A stretch of 34,073 nucleotides of DNA from NCBI GenBank assembly GCA_044870765.1, contig JBIOZG010000055.1, positions 1 through 34,073 on the forward strand, read 5' to 3'. Positions 28,092 to 34,073 of the stretch are shown piece by piece (positions within the stretch are counted from its first letter, which is position 1; each line of letters begins with the position of its first letter). The position numbers were made by a program, and so were the translations under genes. Under the pieces are notes generated by a model. That model saw only the letters and a program-made list of their open reading frames with translations. It made no database searches and was not told the origin of the DNA. The DNA is from Nitrososphaeraceae archaeon (GTDB lineage: Archaea; Thermoproteota; Nitrososphaeria; Nitrososphaerales; Nitrososphaeraceae).

Positions 28092-28455
28092 AAAATTTAA
28101 TTTGCTTATATGGAATATTAGAAACTGATGGGCCAAGCCTTGGGCGGAGTAGTCCACCGGCATTGTATCCAGTCCACATTGTTGCATGTTGGTAAAATAC
28201 ATTCGTCAATAAATTATAAAAAAGTAAGAACCTGACAGGAGGGAATGGCGAGGACACTATGTACGAATTTTGGAAGAATTTACCAGAATTCACGGACATA
28301 GTTTTCTGGTACAGCAATTTAATTAACATGAATGAATAATATTCTATTCTTAAATTCAGATTTAGGGTAGTAGAGAAGACTCTGTTCTTTTTTTAGTACA
28401 TGTTCTTACTCAATCCACTTATACTTTGCTTAGTATCATTTTGCGATAACAAACC

Positions 28456-28902
28456 TTGAACATAAAAAACGTGTTAATGTTCGTAGCACTGTCCTTAGGA
28501 ATATTGACAGCGCTAACAGGAACAGGGATATCACAGGTAGCACCAGCATTTGCTGACAAGGAAGAGTGCGAAGACAATGATGACAACAACTGTAACGAGA
28601 GGACCCACAAATTAATACAGGAGGATGACTGTAAGGCAGAGAATGAATATAAGCACATAGGCTCCGAGGGTAGCCCCGTTGACAACAATCAATTTAGTTG
28701 CGACAACTTCCTTGAATCTCCGGCTAACGGCGATGACGACGTTGTATCAGATGGTGTAAGTAATGAACCAGGAGACGTCTTGATCTGTCATAGACCAACT
28801 GGAAACCCACAACAATCGCAAACATTAAGCCTGTCCCAAAATGCAGCAAACAGTCACTTAGCAAACCATCCATTCGATACTAATGGTGCTTGCCCTCCAT
28901 AA
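28456..28902 (+). CDS. Secreted acidic Cys-rich protein with C-terminal ICH...H...D..G.C module
   Basis: Signal peptide ending AFA; ECEDNDDNNCNE; ICHRPTGNP...TLSLS...HLANHPFDTNGAC. Confidence 0.75.
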   Translation: MNIKNVLMFVALSLGILTALTGTGISQVAPAFADKEECEDNDDNNCNERTHKLIQEDDCKAENEYKHIGSEGSPVDNNQFSCDNFLESPANGDDDVVSDGVSNEPGDVLICHRPTGNPQQSQTLSLSQNAANSHLANHPFDTNGACPP

Positions 28903-29110
28903 GACTGGGATAACAGAGATCAAGTCTTCGGACACTATAGGCACCCATGTGTCAAGTCACTACCCATTTTACTTTTTTCTTTAGTTAGTAACAGTTCGAT
29001 GTGTGAGTTATTAATTTAAAGCCCATTATTTACTAGAATCATATATCGCCCTCCGCTCTACACTTGTCGGTGATTTGGGTATTAAGTTGATAATTCGTGA
29101 TAAATAAATT

Positions 29111-29335
29111 ATGGGTCGGACTATTCCTTCGTATAGACTTGCATCAGAAAGCGAAAGAAGAAAGTGGAAAATATTTAGACAAGAATTGGATAAAAGCGAA
29201 AAAAAGTTGTTTGATGAAATGATGTCTTATTCCCGCCTGTATAATGCCGCTGGAGTAACGATTTGCATGCCTGTCTTATTGCATCCGATTATTATGTCTA
29301 TAATTTTTGAACATTATAAGCAATTGAAAAAATAG
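29111..29335 (+). CDS. Small helical MGRT-family protein (type found beside archaeal PolB2 genes)
   Basis: MGRTIPSYR...WKIFRQELDKSEKKLFDEM...PIIMSIIFEH. Confidence 0.7.
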   Translation: MGRTIPSYRLASESERRKWKIFRQELDKSEKKLFDEMMSYSRLYNAAGVTICMPVLLHPIIMSIIFEHYKQLKK

Positions 29336-29435
29336 AAAATGACAAATTAACTTCCACACGTAATCATAACAGCGTCTAAACTGTATTATACAATGTAGCA
29401 TCTAATCTTTTAGAGATTTAAACCTCAACATAGAA

Positions 29436-29591
29436 ATGATTCAACAAAGCAAGAAAGAGGCTATTATGAAGTTAAACGTATCTGGGATAGATGTAGAATT
29501 CATATCTATGCAAGTTGACTTGGACATACCTACTGTTATTACAGTTTTAAAAGAACTTGGTATCTACAGAGAGAATAAAAAGGAACCCTGA
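29436..29591 (+). CDS. Small HTH-like protein (51 aa), absent from ORF track
   Basis: MIQQSKKEAIMKLNVSGIDVEFISMQVDLDIPTVITVLKELGIYRENKKEP; G-x4-I-x3-V-x5-V HTH spacing. Confidence 0.55.
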   Translation: MIQQSKKEAIMKLNVSGIDVEFISMQVDLDIPTVITVLKELGIYRENKKEP

Positions 29592-29851
29592 AAATATGGA
29601 TACCATTTAGAAAAGTCAGGAATGGATTTCAGGATCTTGTCTTTTTAACGGTTTAAGTTATTTTATATTTTGTTGGCAAGATTATGACGAACGTGTTGAA
29701 GTATACCTCATATGTTCGCTGGCGGAACTATTTTCATCCGTTATCGCGTACGGCTCTAGTTCCGCTGGATATAACTTTTTAAAACAAATAGAATTTAAGT
29801 AGGTTTTCAGAAAATAGGGGAAGTAAAGATTAGGATGAGGCGCAATCTGTA

Positions 29852-30268
29852 GTGTCTGTCGAGAATAGGATGGTTAGTATTGTAGACGACGATCCAGATA
29901 TCATTATGCTTTTTCATGAGGCTTTAAAAAGCATCTCAGGGATAACAATATTTACATTTACAGATCCTATTTTGGCGCTAGAGCATTTTCAAGTAAATGA
30001 GTACGCCTATGTGCTGGTATTATCAGATTTTAAGATGCCTGGATTGAATGGTATGGAATTTCTAAAAAAGATAAAGGAACTGAACAGCTTTGTAAGAACG
30101 ATATTGATGACGGCATTTCAAATAGAAGATAAGGTTTTTCGCGAGTATACTAAAAAGAAAATTATAAACGCATTTCTTCAAAAACCAATAGGTATACACG
30201 ATCTTCTTAAAGAAGTGAATACGCAATTACATTCTTATGAAATGCAAAAGAAATTTCCCTCAGACTAA
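29852..30268 (+). CDS. Stand-alone response regulator receiver protein
   Basis: IVDDD, LSDFKMPGLNGMEF, LMTA, FLQKP. Confidence 0.93.
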   Translation: MSVENRMVSIVDDDPDIIMLFHEALKSISGITIFTFTDPILALEHFQVNEYAYVLVLSDFKMPGLNGMEFLKKIKELNSFVRTILMTAFQIEDKVFREYTKKKIINAFLQKPIGIHDLLKEVNTQLHSYEMQKKFPSD

Positions 30269-30305
30269 AGTTCGTATGATTTGTTCCATCTGACATATTA
30301 GGCAA

Positions 30306-30572
30306 TTGTTTCATGTTATACAAATGAATGTCTTTTGGGCATTTGTAATTATAATATTGGTTTTTGTGACTACACTTCCCGTCATACATCGAGTTATTCC
30401 ATCTATATCTGGTGCAAACTTATCGTGTATCAATAGCAATATTACAAAATTAGGGAATCAATCTATCAATATTAGTATAATGAGCGAAGAATACTTTAAA
30501 AATTTAACCTCGGACAATCCTCAATTAGCACAACTGATTTGTCCAGATATTTTTAATTATACAACAAAATAA
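30306..30572 (+). CDS. Small membrane-anchored hypothetical protein
   Basis: N-terminal TM, Cys pair, several N-x-S/T sequons. Confidence 0.5.
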   Translation: MFHVIQMNVFWAFVIIILVFVTTLPVIHRVIPSISGANLSCINSNITKLGNQSINISIMSEEYFKNLTSDNPQLAQLICPDIFNYTTK

Positions 30573-30672
30573 ATTTTAAATTTCTTGAACTTAGTGGACT
30601 GCCTACATACAATTAAGACGCCAGTAATTTACAAGTGAATATAATCAAGTTAACACTTTTGGCGAACAGGGA

Positions 30673-31146
30673 ATGCTTAAGAACTATAATGCGATTATTT
30701 TAGCGTTGAATAGAAATTATTTTACAAAATTAACGTTGGTAGGTGCACTGATTATCTCGGTCATTTTCACCAATGTGAGCTTGTTTGGTAGCGTAAAAGC
30801 AGAATCAGGAGTCGGAAAAGATGTCTTTAAAGTAGTTGTAACTCTATTTGGGATAACAAATTCAACGAAGGACGTTTTAACTTTGGTTAATGTAGAAGAT
30901 CAGACAAAGATAAAACTGTTTAATGCTGAAGACCCAGAAAATCAAGGACAGGATAAAGTCAGTTACACAATGACGTTTCCAGGTATTGAGGTACACGATG
31001 GTGATCCCTATACGGTATGTACTATGACTACTGATAATTTCAAACTCGAATGCGATAAAGGGGATAATTCTCCTCTTAATAGGCCGGAATTTGTTGATAT
31101 TAATGTAGGCGGCGGTTCATCAAGTAAAGAAAAAAATGAAGATTAA
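30673..31146 (+). CDS. Secreted hypothetical protein
   Basis: Signal peptide ending VKA; beta-rich domain with Cys pair and NSPLNRPEFVD. Confidence 0.75.
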   Translation: MLKNYNAIILALNRNYFTKLTLVGALIISVIFTNVSLFGSVKAESGVGKDVFKVVVTLFGITNSTKDVLTLVNVEDQTKIKLFNAEDPENQGQDKVSYTMTFPGIEVHDGDPYTVCTMTTDNFKLECDKGDNSPLNRPEFVDINVGGGSSSKEKNED

Positions 31147-31452
31147 GACAGCGACTAGTTTAATTTTTTTATAATTTCTTGACGAAAGTAGATTAACGTC
31201 AAGCCATATTAGGACCGAAATCATCATCCCGATGTGCTTGATCACTTCCAATCATGGGGCCCAAAGGATTCTAAATATTACCTTTATCTATTTTTACTTT
31301 CATCTTTTGTGTTGACGTAGTCCTTACAGACTATATTTTGTTCTTCTAAAACGTAACGCTTAGTAGGAATTTTGCTCGTAGGCTTGTAGGATGTCATTTA
31401 GAGGACATGTCAACAATTCAACCTGTCTAGATTACTCCAACGAAAGATAACT

Positions 31453-31623
31453 TTGATAATTATAGCTATCATTTTAGCTACAACTAACTTCTCTGTAATG
31501 TTCTTTGTGGGCGAAAATAACAAGTTGAAAAATACAAGATACCTGCCATCTAACTGCTATTCGTTGAATAAAAAAATAATATGCCCTAATAATTCAGTTC
31601 AGATGGTTCATTCTTGCCGTTAA
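31453..31623 (+). CDS. Possible small membrane protein
   Basis: LIIIAIILATTNFSVMFFVGE...PSNCYSLNKKIICP; start uncertain. Confidence 0.3.
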   Translation: MIIIAIILATTNFSVMFFVGENNKLKNTRYLPSNCYSLNKKIICPNNSVQMVHSCR

Positions 31624-31958
31624 GTTAGTGTTTAGTGTGTATTCAAAATCTTATTAGATCATTACGGATTGCTTGAATCATGTGAGATATTAACTGCCAA
31701 ATCTTTACTGTTGCTTGTTGAATATCTGGATCTTCATTTTTTCTTTATATGGATAGATAGCATTTTACCAATTTACGAGACATAACTAAATAGAAACATA
31801 ATATTCTTTATTTTCCGTTATGAAGTTGAATAACGAATAGAGTAAAACCTAACATCCTAAGCTTAAATATAGAAGAATTTATATTTTTGCAGACTTCAGA
31901 TCGCAAATAAAATTTCATTTTCCATCTTGAAGAGCATGCCTCATTAACTTTAAATAAA

Positions 31959-33266
31959 TTACTGAGGTAAGATTCTAAATACCTTTCCTTGACCGATGGA
32001 AACGACATAAAGATATCCATCTGGTCCCAATGTTAGATCCGTAATTCCACCAAATCCTTCACCAAATACTATTTCTTTGGCCTCAGAAACCGTTGGATTT
32101 ACAGTGGACTTACCCGCAAGAACCTTCGGAAGTATAAGGTCATTTCTTTCGTTGTTTAAATTGAAGTGGTATATTCGGCCATTATGTACGTCGCCCACAA
32201 ACATATCATTTCTATATTGAGACCCTAGTTTGTCTGAGTCTATAAATATTAAAGATGTCAGTCCTGTACTTTTCGACCAAGCAATTTTGGGTTCATCATA
32301 TTTGCCCTTACCATCAAAGGTTACTAAATTATTTTTGTTAAATTTTCCCAAGGAAGTGGAAAATCCATAAATCTCGTGCCAACCGCTATTGAATCCGGGA
32401 TATACTAAGTTTATTTCATCTCCCTCATGTGGCCCATTTTCTGTATCCCATAAAGAACCTGTAATCGGATCAAAATCCAATCCAAAACTGTTCCTAATGC
32501 CGTATGCATAATACAATCTTAAGGGCATAGATTCTCCCAAGATTCCTTCGCCAACAGGCTCGCCATCCTGTTTTATCCTAAGAATTCCACTTCGTCCATC
32601 TGCATCTATCCCTTTTTGGAAGTTTTGAGTCCCTGTTGCCTCAAAATCAACTTTAAATGAACCATCAATATCACCTACTGGAACGTATATGTTATTGTCA
32701 GGACCAATTTCTATTCCTCCACCGTTATGTCTTGGTCCGGGGATTGCTGGTAAATCCAAAAGGAGTGTGGGATTTACAAGTTTATTATCAACTAATTCAT
32801 ACTTGTAGAGACGATTTCCTATTGGTGCTTTACCTACTCTATCACTTCCATCTTTACCCTCTATTTCTGTAAAATAGAGGAATACGTATGTCTCGGAACC
32901 GATTGATGAAACTGCAATACCACACATTCCTCTTTCAACAGAATTTGCTACATTTACATCAAGTAGCGGTCTGTCTAAAGTTTGCCCATTTATTACACGC
33001 TGTACGGTCCCCTTGTCTTTTTCCAATATCAGGAAATCATTTGGAGCCAAGAAGGCCATAGTTGTAGGTGTATCCAGGTCTTCAACCACCACTTCAACTT
33101 TGAGTAGTGAATCTAAGACTACGGGATTGATTGCACCTTTGTTGATCACTCTTTCTCCGAACTTTACTTGTCCATACGTTTGATGGAAATAAACGGAAAA
33201 GTTACAGATAATAATTAAGAGAAAGATAATAACAACATAATTTTTCATTGGAAATTGAGAAGACAC
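31959..33266 (-). CDS. PQQ-dependent glucose/sorbosone dehydrogenase family protein
   Basis: PTTMAF, ERGMCGIA, HNGGGIEIGPD, YAYGIRNSFGLDFDP, LWDTENGP, DEIN, GFNSGW, GPDGYLYV; N-terminal signal. Confidence 0.93.
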   Translation of the reverse strand: MSSQFPMKNYVVIIFLLIIICNFSVYFHQTYGQVKFGERVINKGAINPVVLDSLLKVEVVVEDLDTPTTMAFLAPNDFLILEKDKGTVQRVINGQTLDRPLLDVNVANSVERGMCGIAVSSIGSETYVFLYFTEIEGKDGSDRVGKAPIGNRLYKYELVDNKLVNPTLLLDLPAIPGPRHNGGGIEIGPDNNIYVPVGDIDGSFKVDFEATGTQNFQKGIDADGRSGILRIKQDGEPVGEGILGESMPLRLYYAYGIRNSFGLDFDPITGSLWDTENGPHEGDEINLVYPGFNSGWHEIYGFSTSLGKFNKNNLVTFDGKGKYDEPKIAWSKSTGLTSLIFIDSDKLGSQYRNDMFVGDVHNGRIYHFNLNNERNDLILPKVLAGKSTVNPTVSEAKEIVFGEGFGGITDLTLGPDGYLYVVSIGQGKVFRILPQ

Positions 33267-33468
33267 ACTTATTCGCGTCTCATAGCAGGCAATGACCTAT
33301 ATTAATTCTCTACTTGAAAGATACTTGCTTCAATATCCGCCCACCGCCTTTTGTAAGTCTGAATCTGCTTTTACGCATTTTTAACCACCTTCTTGGTACT
33401 TTTTGTCTCATTATCAACTTCGTAATCAGTTCCTGTTAACATTTTGATTCTATGACATCCGAGTCTGT

Positions 33469-33705
33469 TTAGTCGTACAGTTCCATTTCGTAATCAAACT
33501 TTATGCCTCTGGTCTTTTGTGCTCTTGCTATAAATTCATCATCCTCCGTATATTTTCTTATTATTACTTTATGTACCTTAGATAAGCCATACTGTAACAT
33601 CGCTTTTTCGTCAGGAAAATCCCTTATGCCCGTGTATTTGTCGTCATAATCGCTAGTTCTATGAATCTTAACTTTTATCCTGTTTTTACCATTTGTCATT
33701 TTCAT
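33469..33705 (-). CDS. Small hypothetical protein
   Basis: 78-aa ORF ending DYEMELYD. Confidence 0.6.
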   Translation of the reverse strand: MKMTNGKNRIKVKIHRTSDYDDKYTGIRDFPDEKAMLQYGLSKVHKVIIRKYTEDDEFIARAQKTRGIKFDYEMELYD

Positions 33706-34073
33706 TTTTCTCCGACTTAATTATTATTACGTGTTCTCTACTTAAGACCTTTTTGATTCTCTAATCTCTTATTTCACCCTTAACACCCTTATATTTCATT
33801 GCGATGTTTCTTTACTTTGGGTTTGCTTAATCCATAAAAAGGATTATTTACAAAAATTAGACCACTAACATTTGCAGGAATTTTTAAGATCTAAATAAAA
33901 CCAAGTAATAAAATAATAAGCGAAATACTAACTCACTTTAGGCTTTATTTGATATGATGTTATGTTATATTTGTCATGCTAATCTTATATCTTTCTTTAA
34001 ATTTGCAATGAGGGCTTAATCCAATCAAGTAGAGAAAACATAGTAACAAACTTTTTGAATTGATTTACTATCA

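Noticed and set aside
31195-31232. Possible third C/D sRNA (minus-strand ATGATGA ... TTGA)
   Set aside because: Imperfect box D, no convincing terminal stem, no recognised target
694-32872. Many short track ORFs antisense to or nested in long genes (e.g. 694-939, 3809-4168, 4738-5118, 13956-14303, 20628-21005, 24623-24889, 32657-32872)
   Set aside because: Shadow ORFs overlapping well-supported genes, with no motifs

Overview
AT-rich archaeal chromosomal segment. Gene content (class I LysRS, Elp3, CofE, homoaconitase-type LeuC/D pair, DUF99, many small secreted proteins, PQQ sugar dehydrogenase, stand-alone receiver) points to a soil ammonia-oxidising archaeon (Nitrososphaeraceae); this is inference. 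About 1-18.6 kb is mostly core genes plus tRNA-Gly(GCC). About 19.2-23 kb and 26.3-34 kb are accessory, rich in secreted proteins and gene fragments, and the second block begins with a probable frameshifted integrase remnant after lysS. The most notable signal missing from the ORF track is two minus-strand box C/D sRNA genes (7499-7553 and 16148-16210), each with correct K-turn geometry and a suitably placed TATA box. Their guides tile one contiguous conserved peptidyl-transferase-centre segment of 23S rRNA (AGUUACCCUAG + AGGGAUAACA). The first is an unusual single-guide RNA lacking C'/D'. Also notable is an uncharacterised wHTH + AAA+-like ATPase operon (16325-18588), followed by a ~105-nt structured element and 11-bp tandem repeats. 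No database searches were run; family calls rest on motif recognition.
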